Assembly (NCBI GenBank): GCA_030141605.1
Contig: JAQGDQ010002387.1
Location: 186,001-250,000, forward strand
From: Tubiluchus corallicola
Taxonomy: Eukaryota; Animalia; Priapulida
Direction: 5' to 3'
DNA length: 64,000 nt
Shown here: positions 34,335 to 49,550 of the stretch, piece by piece
Layout: every line of letters starts with the position of its first letter
How positions within the stretch are numbered: the first letter of the stretch is position 1
The notes under the pieces: model-generated
The model's input: the letters and a program-made list of their open reading frames with translations, nothing else
Told to the model about the DNA's origin: nothing
The model's database searches: none
Translations under genes and position numbers: made by a program

Positions 34335-37300
34335 ACTCAACCTTTTTGCAGAGACACTTAAATAGAACACTTAAATTTGTTTTGACTTCCTATCAGTCGA
34401 ATACAATCGTATTGCAATAAAAATACATCATAACGTTTTAATTATATCCATTTGAAATTTCTTTAATTCAACTAATTGTTTGTTAGTGGCACAAACTCTG
34501 TTATGATTTGTTATAAATCTGTTAATCATAGAATGAATAAAATTGGATCCAATTCCATAGATGATTGAAACTAATGTGATGTAACTGTATTTCCATAGCC
34601 AAAGATTTTAGTATTGGCTGCAGGGAGCTGCTTAAAGGTGCACCTTAAATTCCGGTTAAATCCAAAACAAGATTTGTAAAACACTTTTCAGCGGAACACT
34701 AAACTGCATTACAATTCGATTAACAGGATGTGCATTCTGCCATCTTAAAGAACTTAGCTTCCCAAAAGTCACCGCGGGACGTCCCATAATGCGCTGTTAA
34801 GAAAAACATCTCAGCGAGACTGGGCAAAGAAAGGTTTTTCGTACATCTATGTAGACGGTTTGAGATGCAGATGGATGCCACATGCTACGAAAAAACACAT
34901 CTCGTTTTAGCTTATCCTTTCCTTATGTTCCTGTGGTGTGGAAGGGAGGTAAGGATGGTTCGGAAGATGTTCTTCGGTTAAATCCATTTTTAAAATCTTA
35001 TGTAATAGTCGTTATTAATCGACCAATGTAACTGCGCAATAGCCTACACGATTTGCCGTCCGATAAGGGGTCGCTATCTTGAAAAGTTATTATAATTAAA
35101 ACGGGCTCTAGGCAGTTTGATGTCCTAGGCGAAAACTATTTGTAGCGTCGCCTCCTCAGCGGTCAACCCCCTTCCTTCATGGTTTTCATCCCACAGCCAA
35201 AATTGAATTTTGTTGCATGTATAAGTAGTACTTGTGTGTTAGGCTAATACATGTATTATAATGTGCTAATTAAGTGTAGTTAATTAACTATCTACAGCAT
35301 GTGTTGATTAAATGTAAAATTGAGTTTATGACCCAATTATACGTCCTGGATGTTCAGGAGCAATGAAAATTTCTTCTATTTTGCTAACACTTTTCACGTA
35401 CATGCTTTTGGCTAGATTTTTCCTGAATCTTTCCATCAATAAATTTTTGAAACACCAACTTCTCTTTTTATATCTATTTCACTAGTTTCATCGTCTTTAC
35501 AACCATAACTCTGGTCTGGTTGAAAATACTGACGTAGACATTCGATATAAGTAATTGTACTTCCAAGAGTGGAACTCATTTATTGTTTTAAACTAACTGT
35601 GTTCCTGTTGTATAGTTTTATCTTATGTGTATAGTTTTGTATTCTGCATTTCCTAATCGTTTTATATAGTACTCTACATATTGATTTAAATCTAAAATGA
35701 AATAAAATAAAATAACATAAACATCTTTAGTGAATTTGTTTGTTGTTTAGTGTCCGCCTTTCGTTTCCTGTATTACGCTTCTGAAGGTATATTCGATTCT
35801 TATATGTTTTTCCGCTACAATTAGGCCAAGATTTTCCTATTGCGAAATCTTCTTGTTAGACAAACACTTTTTTATTAACAGGAGTAGATGCAATATGAAC
35901 TGTAGGCAAAAGGAGGGAAATAACGTAATATTGGGAAACCAATTAAAACAAAAGTGGAAAGTGTTTTGCTGCAGGTCAGTGTCGATGAATCATACATTTT
36001 CAAGAAATTTTTGACACAAATTAACACTTTGTACACAAAGAAATTTAGGCACAGTGACACGAGCTGAAGTTGAGTAGTGGTTATTTTGGACATACAACAC
36101 CTTGCAGATCACTCTGCCTGTGATTTTAGTACGAAGACATTTGACAAATAAGGCGAAAGTACAAAACGAGTTTTTTGGAGCTGCTTAAATCACAAGAAGA
36201 CACCCGTCATAAATAAAAAAATTGTCTTGAAATTTTTTGTCATTGTCTTATTGCATACAAACTTGCGCTAGCAGTAACACTGTATAAAACTTTTAAATTA
36301 AAACTCCCGCGATGACTGTAGGTGTAGCAATTTTAACCATAAGTCGTTTGAAACAAATTTAGATAACATTGCATAAAGTTTGAAAAAATAATAATCAGAA
36401 TAGTTGTAGCACACTTTGTGCTAACTAAGCAAAAGTAAAAAATCACCTTATTTTGTTAGTAAGATCAATAATGTGTTTTGGTCTCGAAATTTCCGAAAAT
36501 TCAGAACGACTGTTCGTATTTCTACATATAAAATTGCAAAAACAGGTTTTTATCGCCGTATTTCAATTCCAATTCTTATATGTTAAATTTTAAACTTAAA
36601 TTTACTGTATTTGTTGCTTGTCTATGATAGCACATTGCTGCTTTTTAAACGTTCTACATAAAAGTTTAAAAATTGATACTCAAATTGAAAACTTTATCTT
36701 TTCCCAATTACTAGCTAAGCAGCATAAGCTAGAGGAAGTGTGTCTGACTCTAAAAGCTGATTATAATTTTGAAGCGGAAGTTTGTACCGATGCTTCTTTC
36801 GTAATTACTGTGCAATGACCATGTTTCTTTGACGCGAACGTTGCCATATAAGTAATTTTGACTTTTGGAGCACAGTGTAACTTGGACGTCACAAAAGCTC
36901 TCTGCAAGAATCATTTACAGTCATCCATCACAGCGCAGTCGTTAGTCTGCTGTGTGCTAGTTTAGAAGCCAGAGTTTTTATGGCTTCCCAAAGATAAATG
37001 AATGTTTTCAGCTGCAAGAGCGCGGCCTGACGCAAAAAAGCTAAAAACATCGTTGACCCGGTTTTAATGCCTTTGCGCATGCGGGGCGAACATTTTACTT
37101 AACATGCAAAATTTGTAAACATATTTTCACTTGTTTTTTGGGTGATGTGACACCTACCATCGTGTATAAACGACTTTGGACTTGCTGAATTGTAAAGAAG
37201 ATTGAACGTTGTTCGGTAACACGGTTACACAGAAATTTAGGTACCTCTTAACTAGCGGATCTTGGTTTAATTACTGTTATTCGTATATCTGCCAAGCACT

Positions 37301-40300
37301 CAACTTCTGCGCAAATATTTGCTAGGTTTTGCTTAAGTTTTTGTTTAAGTTTTGACGTAAATCACTTACACTTGGCTATACATTTGCTTACACTCCTTTC
37401 ACCAGCTTATTTTTAAATCTGCTTAGGTTACTCATCTACTTTTACTTGCATTAGTTTTGTTAGTATACCTTGATTACATTTGTTTACATTATTTACACTT
37501 GCCAACAGTTGCACACATTACTTCTGTTAGGTTATTTTGTTTACATTTGTTTATATAGTTACATTTACTTCAATTTGTTGGCATTGCTCCTATCGTCTTA
37601 CTTCGTTTACACACGCCTACATCACTTACCTGCTCCACCATACCACTACATTATGTCTGCTAACTTACTTTGTTGAATTTGCTTAGATTACTTACCTTAG
37701 ATTATAATTCCTTTTCATAGTACAAGAAAAACATAGTATAAAACTTATTCATTTAAACTGTTACCTACGTTTTTATGCATCTTTTTGTGCAAAAATCGTT
37801 CTAATTTTAAAATAGATCAACCAAAAATTTCTAGACTTTGCACAACTCACTTATTGGCTTTCTTTGTTTGCAAAATGTTAAAATGGTTTTTAATTTGTAC
37901 TATAATTCTGTAAATATTTATTGTGTTTTACATCCAGCTAATATTTACTAAATTTTTATAAACGTGAAACAATAAATTGAGTTTCAAATAAAAAAATGTA
38001 ATAGGAAGTTAATTGTTTCCTAAGAATAAAGGCAGCTGCAGTTCTACTAGCATGAGAATACACGTAATAACATGACATGATCAGTCAAACGTCTTGAGAA
38101 TAATAAATTTCTCGTAAAAGCGTTATTGTCCAGAGTAGATTTATTGTATGTGCAGCTGAGCGTAGTTATACTGAGTATGTAGCCTTGGACTATAGTGCGA
38201 GAGAGAGAAAGAGAGATTGAAATAATATTTCGAACAGTTAAGTTCATATATTTACAAATCCACGCAATTTCACACAAATACATACATGAATAAATGTATA
38301 CTTGAATAATTAAATAACTTGGTGTCAATATTGTAATGCTGGCGATGGTGTCGATTCACTGCAGTACACTTCATTGTAAAACGTGAATTAGCGAAAAAAC
38401 AGAGAATTTTTGTAAAATGAACTGGCCAGAACCCAGTGTGCTCCATGTTAATTCTACGGAACAGGTGCTGAGATGTTAATCGCATCTGTCAGTCAGCCAG
38501 TGGAACCGATGAGACCACTCCATATCACCTACTCATAGCTGCTATTCAATGCCGATATGGAATGGCTTCGTAATGTATTAAACCATCACAATGTGGTGGT
38601 AGGGGTGAAAAGAAATGTCATTTCGCCGCCGTAACTATTAGCTAAAAGTTTAAACACAATTGCTTTTTCGTTCTCAGCATTACAGACAGACAGTTCTAAA
38701 CAGATTGTGTTGCACTTTGTTGCCTATATAATAAAGTTCCCCACTTCTTTCTAATTATGCATGGTGAAACAGACATCACTTTTAAACATACAAATTACAT
38801 TTGAACTGCTGTTCGTACGGATTAGTAAGCTATTTACATATCTTCTGTGTATTACCACGAATTATTTTAAATTTAGTTGTATAGACATAGATCTGCGAAA
38901 TAGTCGATATAAAATTTTTCAAATCTTCTTTATTTGAATTTTTTCACAAATCTTTGCGTTTGTTTGTTAAAACATCTGTCAGATCATACAAATCACCAGA
39001 TATGTTAATGGAATTAAACATAATTGTTATAATTATCACAAAAACGAGACAAAATAGAGATAATTTAAACTAATTTTTAACCTTAAGTAGCAATAGTTAT
39101 CCAGAAGCTATGAAAGCAAGACACTGACAATAACTGTAGAGGCAAGCGAATTAAACTCTCTACCGGTACACGCCGAAAAGCCAAGATATGTATGGTTGTG
39201 GAAATGCGACTAACCCTTCTAGTCCTATCACCAGAGGCTCTGAAAGGGCAAATAAAATAACTTGAGTAATGGCTTAAACCGCTTGTTGACTTATCGTCAA
39301 AAATCTAAATACACTGCACCCTGTAATGGTGCGAGTAATTAATTAGTCAAGCTATAAATAGTACAGCTGCGTCACCGTGCCAATAAGAGACTTGAAATGA
39401 CAGTATTTCTCAAGAATGATTAACATCTCAATGTGAACGCGTTACGAGCAGCTATCTTAAAAGGCGCTGTTATTGCTGAATAAGTCATTTTGACTTCGAT
39501 GGTCGAAATGGAATGTCGGGTACCATATCTGACTTCATCATTTACAAATAAGGGAATGATGTGGTATTTTTGATTGATTAAATAAGAAGGAACGTTGGCT
39601 AAACAATGTTGGACGCCCCCTGGGTTTGTAAAACGTCATCTGAAGCTTTTAGTCCATTTCTAACTTTTACCCTGGCGACTGGCGTGCTGTCCATGCTTTT
39701 AGTGGGCTTCTAAGTTTTGTCCCAGTGAGATTTCAACGCTGAAATGTTCGTCTCAGCCTCTTACATCAGTTTATGATTAACGTCATTATCAAGGAAACGA
39801 TGCCATGGCATATCGTTGTAGTTCTAAAACTGTGCAAGAAGATGTAATATTCCACAGGCTCTGAAATGCTCTAAAAGTTTTGTTATTGTATGGCGAAAGA
39901 GGCGAATTCATACATTTAAGCCGCTAGACATAATTTACAGGATTTTTTAGACACGGTACAAGAGCAAAAACTACAGCGTCTATGACTTGAATCAAATGAA
40001 GACTACACCCATTCAAATGAGTGTAACAAACCACAAGTTAAACTTTCTATCTTCTGTGTGTAAAGCCCCTACTGTGCTCTAGAGTCTAGATAATCTGGAT
40101 CCAGGCGGAAACGCATTTTAATTGATGTTATTAGTTTACTATCTGCTTATATCAAGTATGGCATGGCAACACACTGAACATCTGATAATTTACACTGACA
40201 AGCTGCTCAGTAGGGAAGCCTATACTCCTGTTTAGAATATACATGTCTTCCATGTTGTTTAACAAGCTGCAATCCACTTTTCTAGTTTATATTACTTTAT

Positions 40301-43300
40301 AATTGCAGGGAATACGATATCAGCGGGGGGCATTTCCACCAAGGTAGTCCTGCCAACCTTGTCAACCAAAAAAAGGTTAAACCTTAAATTGTAAAAAATG
40401 TTTTGCAATAATGACGGTGTTGGTGTGAGTAATGTAGATCAGGATGGTGTATCATCTAAGATAATGATCATAGCGATGGTGGAAGCAATTGTGTTAGGGG
40501 TGGTAGTGAGAGCAGCGATGGTGACTGTTATGGTGTAAGAGGGAGTATTAGTGATGAGAATTCTGTAATTTATAAAGGAGACAAATCACTCAAATCGAAC
40601 TTGTTGTTAAAGTTTGCAGGGGCAACCTCGCGAATATTCTTTTAGATTCGCCATGATACAAGATTTTTACATTATAGTCACATACGCGATTAGTTGCCAA
40701 TAGCCATTAGGTTCTCTATCGATAGGTATAAATTACACTGCAAACCATAGCTGCCCACAGCGGAAATAGAATCTAACCCATACCCACTAGCCTGGCTAAT
40801 CTAGTTTCCAAAATAGCCACATACACATAAACAACCGCGTTCTGTTCTTGTCGTCCGCTAGGCCAAAATACAAACTATATCGCTCAGAGTAGACGTTTGT
40901 TAGGGTTGCCACTTAACAATGTAAGGGTCACTCATGCAATGCGCTGGAATGTATATTGTATTATCCTGTACTTGTATGTCAATTTAATTAGAAAAGAGTT
41001 GGTGACAACAACACGTGACCTGATGTAAAAATATTAAGTAGCTGCCAGGCCGTTGCGCCAAACTCTTTTCTCTGACGTGTGCCGTGATGTGATATGTAAA
41101 GGAATGCAATGCAATGTAGTGCAGTGCAACATATGGTGGAGTAATAGTATACGAACAAAATGATTTGTAATGGTAGTATAAATGGGGACAGCATTTTATT
41201 TCTGAAAATTTTAATTGTTGCTAAATATGTAGCCGAAGCAGCACAAAAAATCAGAAAAACTATGATTTTTTATGTTTTTAACAAAAATTTAAGCGAAAAG
41301 TTTCATAATTCCTTGAATGAGTTATTCGATATGTGGTAAATTTCATCCGAGATTTTTACCAGTGTAACGTTAAACCATACAAAATATTCAATATTTAAAC
41401 TTTTATTATCAGAAAAACATTACTTTTCTTTTTACTATTAGAAAAATTTCGTGAGTTAAACTGATCTAATCTGGAGGACGTGTTTTAAAAATGGGGACGC
41501 TGAATCCGCAAAAAATGGGCCTATAAATTTTTATCGGCTACATATCGTCAGATAAAATAAATTTGGCTACGGCCCATAAATCACCGTAGACGTTGGAAAA
41601 TCTCTTTAGGTCAAGGTCTGCTGTTGTGCCTGTTGAATCTCCTAGCAACATCTAAAGAACAAGGACATTTATTAAGATGAAAGTGCTATGATTGATCGGT
41701 GTTAATTTTGGTTCTCCGCTCAGTAAACTTGCATTTGGTAAACCTGTACGGCTACTGCACTTCCTTCGGTTAGAATTTAATCGACTGATAAATGTGTGTA
41801 GTTGATAGACCTGCACTGCCACTCCATTTTCTGCTGATATCTCTTAGCTGACCTGCTAAAGCTGTTCTGGTAGTCTGCTACTGTATTCCTACTGTTAACA
41901 TTTAGCTGACGGCTAAAAGTGCGCTGCTGTTAAACCTAGAGCTTGCTTCTTAACAACAAGAAGTTCAATAACAATATAGGTTTACCTATTGAATTTCTTA
42001 TTGTTAATGTTTAGTTGATTTGATAGTGCGTTGTTGGTAAATATGTACTGAACTTCCTAATATTAGCAAATACCTGACTGCTGTTAGTGTGTACTGCTCC
42101 TAAGTTGTGGTACTACTGCACTTCCGACAGTTAGGATTTACCTAACGTGCTAAGGGCGCATGAGCGACGTTTCATGGTACCCACACACCATACTGGTACA
42201 TGGTACCCACACTGTACCGCCTCTCTATACATTTCTCTTTGTGCGTATGACCTCAGCACCTATATAAAGAGGGGTTACAAATCTCTGCATTCAATTCACG
42301 CTGTTTTTGGCTTTTTGGCTTGCTAGATCATGTCTGGTTTACTAACTCATCTTTGCTGGCTTGCTACAGCACAGATGAGCAGAGTTATGCATCTGTTCAG
42401 GCTAGTTATGCATACGTTATGTTCAGCTATGCATAAGTTTAGTACAGCTAGTTCAATCCAGCCTATAAAATTAATAAATTATTATTGGTCTACCGGCGAC
42501 AGTTTGGAGGCTTCCTCAACGTGTCGTCCGGAAAAAGTGAAGTCAAATAAATTAGCTATTGATATGATGAACAGCGACATAAGCCACTTATCATGCTAAT
42601 TAATGTAGCGAGAGATGTTTGCAGCCTGGATACGCTTACATAATGTAATTGCTGTGCTTGACTTCATGTAGATAATTATGTGATAATCTATATTGGGTAA
42701 TTTTCATGTAATCTGCATTAACAGATGATTCTTACAAATCGACAGCAGTGATAGAAAGGGTCGGTATCTTTAATACCACAATAGTAAGCAGTTTTTAACC
42801 AGCCTTTCTTCTTAACTTTTTTCACGCCGACAATTTGGTGTGTTTCTTCCATTTTTTTCCTTTTCATCCCGCTTACTTGGTCTGTATGTTTGCCTATTCT
42901 ATGGGAACAAAGCCCTGCTGTAGTCTGCTGCTAGAGTGATTAAGCGAAGTTGTGAATTACAGCAAAAAGCTAATGAAAACAAAAAACAAAAACTGAAGTG
43001 TACGATTGTTCAGTATGACATCTTGTTGTACACGCTGTTAACTTAAGAGACAGTAAGGCTGTTTCTTGGCATATAGAAAAAAGTGATTAATAGAGTAGTC
43101 TTAGTTGCTGCATGAACACCAGAGCTTTTACGTTTCATTATGATTATTACATAAAATTGTTTTTCTAAATTCTCTTATAAGTATGAGGCACTTGGTGCTA
43201 GCAGTTAAACTGTCCCACAAGTATTTGGTTTATTTAGTGGCATTTTGTGTGTTTTCCCTTCGTGGCGTTTTCTGTGCAAGATTAATGATTGCGTTTATTG

Positions 43301-44353
43301 ATTTTTTGTCTTTTTCTCATGTGGCTTCTATGTAATCCATGAAAAATTACTGCTGGTGTTATCATTATAAAATTTTCAAAAACAAAATGGTTACATTTTT
43401 TATCCTTTTAACTTTTACATAAAGATAGTTCACAGCGTGAATTGACACGCCGCGTCTTAATTTTCATTTTTTCAACGTGTGTCTTTATCAATGACGAGTA
43501 AATTACAAAACTAATAGTGCCAAATAAGTAATATTAAAATAAATTTAATGAATACCCAAAAGTCCCATTAGTAGGGAAAAGACTGAGAATATGAAAGTAG
43601 CAAAATCATTGGTAGAAGAGTGGCAGCTACTTCTACTGTACATAATGCTGAAAGGACATTAAGTTAGCTGTGGTTAGCAAACCACGCTGATTGAATTTGC
43701 CCATGTAATCTATAAACTGCTGATAGTTAATTAGAGCTGCGAGGCTGAACACCATGCATAGTTAAAACCAATCGGTCACGTGATCAGTCACGTGGTCACT
43801 GCTTGGTTTCTCCTGTAGCTGACTCCTTAAATCTGCACAAGCTGCTAAATCCAAATGACAAGCGAATTGCGTCATTTTGCAATTACCGAGTGTTAAAACA
43901 AAATGTTGTTTTTGTACGCTGTTGACAAATTGTTCAAATTTGTGGAAACTGAAAGCAGTTAAGATAACGCATATTTGCCTGTGAAAGGTTCCTGTTTTGT
44001 TACTAAATAGCAAGATTGAAATGAACAATAGAGTAGAAAAAATTTCAAGAAATCGTGAACAAAAACACTTAGAAATGACAAAAAGAGCCAGAACTGGACT
44101 TTTCACAATTTTTGATTATCCTATGATCTAAGTACTGATAACTTCAACTGTATATAGGTCAATAATATAATCACCGATTGTGCCAATTAATCACCTTATT
44201 ACTTATTAGTGATTGGATTTTGTTCTCATAGATTTGTAAATACGCAGGGGAAGAAAGAGGGATGAAAAGAGAAAAAATGTGGGAGGAACAAATCGAAGTT
44301 TCGACGTGAAAAGAGTTAAGAAGAAAAAAATAGGAAAAGAATAAAAACTCGAC

Positions 44354-44590
44354 AACTAGAAAGCCACTCTGTAGAGTTCACTCAGCTCAGACTTTTCCAT
44401 TACAAGAATACACTTAATAAATAAAATAGATTTCCTTTAGTAATTCTTGATCGATAATTAACAAAAATGAAAATCATACCACTCCACAAAATTTCAAGGA
44501 AATCGGTTAAGTAGTTTTTACGTAATCCTGCTAACAGACAAACCAACAAACCAACGGCTATGAAAGCATACCCTCCATGGCAGTAGTTGG
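44354..44590 (+). mobile_element. Helentron-associated non-autonomous element (HINE/DINE-like)
   Basis: Starts aactagaaagccactctgtagag; contains aaatttcaaggaaatcggttaagtagttttt...ctaacagacaaaccaacaaac; ends cataccctccatggcagtagt. Architecture recalled from aquatic-animal HINEs; a related reverse fragment lies near 46320-46380. Confidence 0.55.
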
Positions 44591-47346
44591 GGTGTCAGAT
44601 TTGTGGAAGGTCGAAAATGTCGGAAAGAAAGCTTGTCCAGAAAAAAGAAAGCTAATATAAAAAGAAATTCAAAAAATGTATAATTTTGTATTAATGTTCT
44701 GATATTGATAACAGAACGATTTTGAATTTGAAAAATCAGATTTAAAACGGCTATCAGCTTATAAAGCTTCTTCATTCTTGACAACAGAATTCACCACGTC
44801 ATGTCTAATACCAACACTCTTTTCATAATAAAAACAACAAAATCATTGTTGAAAAATTAATTCAGAGTTAATAGATGTTTAATATTTGAATTCGGTCTGA
44901 TTGCAGAGGCGTGTGGACTACTTCACACTGTGAAATAAGCCAGGAAGCTTCTTGTCCTTACCAGGCTTGAAAAAAATTGAAACAAAAAAAAAGCTGTAGA
45001 GGTCGTACGTTACGTACACTGTGACGTTTTCTAGCATCTTTTTAGCATTATTATTTGCTCAGAAAAGAAGCCCACCGGTTTACTGCTACATAGCAACAGC
45101 GGCATCAGCAGCAACTGCAACAACCGTCTTCGCAATTTTACTTTATTTCTTCAAAAGTCCGTTTTAATTAATTAGGTAAATTTGCTTGTTACAGCTTGTA
45201 AACAGCTGTGCGCAATTAATTAGTCAAGTCGTTTGCTGAACATGTAAAACTGATCAACCATTACATCTGTTTATTACGTTTATGTAGGGTGACGTATTCT
45301 AATGAATTCCTGTTGGGATTCAACAACAATAATTAAAATTTTATTGCTATGATTTGTGGAAAACCACTATTCATTTCATGTATTTAGTAAAGTAGATCTG
45401 AGATTAAAGTCATGGAGACGGTTTAACCAAATCGGTTTTGAATTTGTTGTGAATTGGGTGGGTGGAATTATGGTATAGAAGTCAAAGAAATTCAGTTCAT
45501 TTCTGGGGTTTATTAAACAAAAATCAATCAAAATTTAAAAGAAGCATTAATCTATATTCAGGAATTTTACGCCGAGGACGCTTCAGTTCTGATATCAAGA
45601 TCGAAGACTAATACTGTTAAAGATTTTGTCGGAAAGATAATATGATATCTGCCAAGCTTGATAGAATTACATTATATAGTTAAGTTGGAAAGTTTAGTTA
45701 GCTAAAGCCAGAAATGAGTTGGAGTCAAGCCTTAAGTTACTGAATATTTTTCATTTTTATAGTACAAAAATTCAGAATAGTTTAGTAGTATTATTTGATG
45801 TACAAATAATTGTAATCTATAGGTTATAGTCTATAATCCATTATTGTAATCTCTCCTGCTTTTACTAAATTTGAAAATATCTAGTGACTTTAAAAGTGAA
45901 ATCAAACAAAAATATGGAAACTGTGTCAGAAACACTTAATTCTAATAGTTATGGGTCTTGGCCAGAATAGAATTGAATCACACAGCACGCATTTTTGCAC
46001 CTAGTCCATAGGTTTTGTGAATTTACATGGCAAATAGCCTTAGCAAACATGCGATATTACGATATTATCGATACAACTTTTCGATATTAAAACGGGTGCT
46101 AATGATCAAGGTTTTAGCTAAATGTCAGAAATTTAGATTGATTAGATTAATCGTAATTCTAGACACGTGAAACACGATTTTTTTTGTAATTTTAAGATAT
46201 GCATTTGACAAACAAGTGCTAACAAATGTAAATAAATTGGCACAGGAAAATGTCACACTTAGTAAATATGTGTTTATGGTTAGCGTTACAGTGGGTGATA
46301 ATTATTTTAGTTATTTTTATCTTTGCCAAGGAAGTTGCGCTTCAACAAAGTTTGTTTGTCTGTTTGTTTGGTTGCCCTTTGTCAGTTATGGCAGTAAGCC
46401 TACTACGCCAGAACTTGACGACCGAACACTTTGTACAAAAAGCATTCGTGAAGCACTTCGTGGGGGTCTCAGAGGAAATATCTAGTACATCTTTTTTGCT
46501 ATCTCCGCTTAGGCAAACAACTACGAGTTAGTTGCAGTTCCATTCTCGCTTGTATATTAAAACTGTGTAACGCTGCATATAACCTTCACTTATTAAGGTG
46601 TATAACCTAATAAGGTGAGTTACTATATATATATGCTGTCTATGTGTAGAGACACGTATATATTTGTCAGTCTATTAATGCGCCAAAATTAATGGCTAAA
46701 AAGTAGATAAACACTGTGTGGAACGTTCGTGCATTATTGATTATAAATCTATTTAATGAACAAATATTATAAGTCTTTTGCTAGTCTATATAACACCAAT
46801 GCAGGTATATTTTTGTATTACTGCCTGTTTACCTTTGTGTTAAAATTTTTTAATCACCAAAATCAGACGAATAAGTTTACGATTGTTCGGCTTTGCTAGA
46901 GATCTGTTTCTTACTGAGCGCATTCTAGTTTTATTACAGAAATCAAGTACATTAAAATAGCATACATGCCATTTTTCCTGTGTCATTTTTACCGCGCACC
47001 TGCTAACACGTGTTGAACTTCACCTGCGTGTACCATCATCGTCATCATCGGGCTTCTTATCTTGTAATTCTTAACGGGAAATTTTTTTGTCTTGATAAAC
47101 AGAGCCTTGCCAGCTTTCTGAAGGAGATTAATGTAAACCTAATCAAAATAAACTAAGAATTCTAGTTTTGTAGACCGGAATTCATATTTTCACCCTTCTA
47201 ATAACCTTCTTACGTTAAGTAGCTACTAGCTTTGTTTGGAGCTAAATTTGTATAGAAAATAAAAATGTAAATTTTAGATTCTTTTGAAGAAAAATTATTT
47301 TAACAGCAATTTACTCTGGGAAAACTTAGAAATTTGGAATGGAAGT

Positions 47347-47926
47347 ACTAACGTGCTTGGATCCGGCACGTCATATTTGTAGCTCGTTTCTTGTAAATTT
47401 AATGGTTTCTTTAAGCTTTTATTTTTGCCATGGCCCGTTTTATTCGTGAAAATCTACAATTTTGCTACGATGACGAAATGCGTTTGTTTTTATCAGCACT
47501 GTCTATCAGGTATAAAACCGCAGATACATAATGGCCTCGTCGGTTCAGTGGATAGGCAGAAGGTGTTTTTAACAACTCAGCACTTGTTCTTGTCAGCCAA
47601 CATGTAGACCTCGAAGTAGATTCCTGGCTAGTCTCTGTTTAAATTCGTGTTTCGAGTTCAATGTGTATCAGCATCATCGTTATAATATATTAGAATGACA
47701 GAAGCCCAACAATATAATTAATGCCTAGGTCAGATCCATTTAACGGGCATATTTGAGGGCATATTGGGAAAGTGAAAAGTCGGCGTTCGTTAGGGTCTGC
47801 GCAATGGTTTCTATAATGAAATCCGTGGCCTGTGATAGCCTTCAAAGTTAAATGCGACGCAAACACCTTCAATAACATGACCAAGCTTTCGGTATTTCGT
47901 GCTTCGTGCCGGATCCAATAACTAGT
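47347..47926. mobile_element. Non-autonomous element with 14-bp subterminal inverted repeats and a terminal hairpin (Helentron/HINE-like)
   Basis: ttggatccggcacg (47357-47370) / cgtgccggatccaa (47905-47918); hairpin acgtgc...gcacgt; a second homologous end at ~57238. Confidence 0.6.
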
Positions 47927-49550
47927 GCATTGTCACACATTTGTTACTTATTCAACGAAGGTCACTTGCTAACCTCTTTTATTGCTACTTCCATAAAAGT
48001 TTCTTCTAATGTAGATGGTGGCTTCGTTGGTCGTCTCATGTTCTTTTACAAGTAGAGTACCTGAAGTAAAGCAAGTCAAATACATAATTTATTAGCAACC
48101 GATGTGAACTAAAATTTGTAAAAGTTTGTATTTCATCATTAATTCAGTACAAGATTCGGTTTGTATTAGAGCGATCTTATAGTATTCGGTTCTAATTTTT
48201 ATTAATTTAACCGCTACAAAATAGTAAATATCTGTATATCAAAAGTTTATGAATAGTTTTTAAAATCCTCATTATCAGTTGTCGATGGAAAAACACATTA
48301 TGAATTTCATTTTACTTTTGTAAGTGCAAGTTTACATACTTAAAATAACAACAGTTTGACAAAATCTGTTTATTTCTTCGGTTCTGGCCTATAAGTTACT
48401 AATGAGAGTCGAATACATTTCCCAATAACAGAGAAATGAGGCAAACGCGCAAAGGCAAATTTGAACGTTTGCCGTAAGAAGCCGCGACCATTAGAAATTT
48501 GAAGCTGGGAGTGAACAAATATACAGACTACATTAATAATTTAAATCTGTGGAAATCGCTAGTTTTAAAATGATAAAGTTTTGAACATTATTAGGCTTCA
48601 TTCATTAGCAGAAACGTCGCACAGTTAATTCTTATTTTTAACAAGGCATGCGCCATTCTATTCCCTTTATATTAATCTGCAAATTATGTGGATGAACTAG
48701 GTTTATTTATTACATTTTGACACAAAGAACAGCGCACACCAATGATGCAGTGTAAGAATCACACAAACGCATACAATTAGACTAGAAATGTACACCAAAA
48801 TATAAAGTACGCATAAAAAGTAATATAAGTCGACGTGTTTATCTGCAAATGTCTACAACTGTAATACGTTTCATGTTGTTTATCAGCCACTGCTGTCTAC
48901 GAAATTGAATGTGGTAAAAACACATTTGTAGAAATTCCTGAAACAGTAGCTACAGGCACTTTTCTAAGAATGTAAATTATGCTCTCAGTAAAAACTGACA
49001 TTTTTTGATATTGTTACACGAAGGTCCACTGGCTTCCAGATAAATTTTTCGTAAACTAAGATATTTGTATAATCTTTATATTGTCTCGCTGTAAGAATGC
49101 CACTGAAGCTTGACACGCGCTGCAAAGGGAGGTAGAATATTGTAATTATTATAGACCACTGTTTCACTGAATAATTGATCACGTGATAACATATATACGT
49201 CTCTCTCGCTGCTTTCTATCGCTGGGGAGTTAAAACATAATGGAAATTGTATCAAGCTAACCGTAATGGCACATGGGTAGTAAGACTATGTAGACTTGCT
49301 TCAGTGTAACATATTTTAAATGTCTATAGTAAATAGACCTTTAGGCGGTAGTCGACACACGGCTACGGCAATTGTTACTAGTCGTAAAGTATAAGATGTG
49401 AGGTGTTTATCACCCAAATTAACATATCACGTATTTTATTCATAAATAATTTGAACAACAGTTCAGGACATGTGATGATAGCAAAAGTACGTTAAATGAA
49501 TAAAATTGCCCAGTTTGAGCAGGATAATACATATAAAACATCACTTTAAA

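Noticed and set aside
36871-36899. RSS-like CACAGTG + 13-nt spacer + ACAAAAGCT
   Set aside because: Single site, no partner signal and no RAG/Transib ORF; plausible by chance in 64 kb of AT-rich DNA
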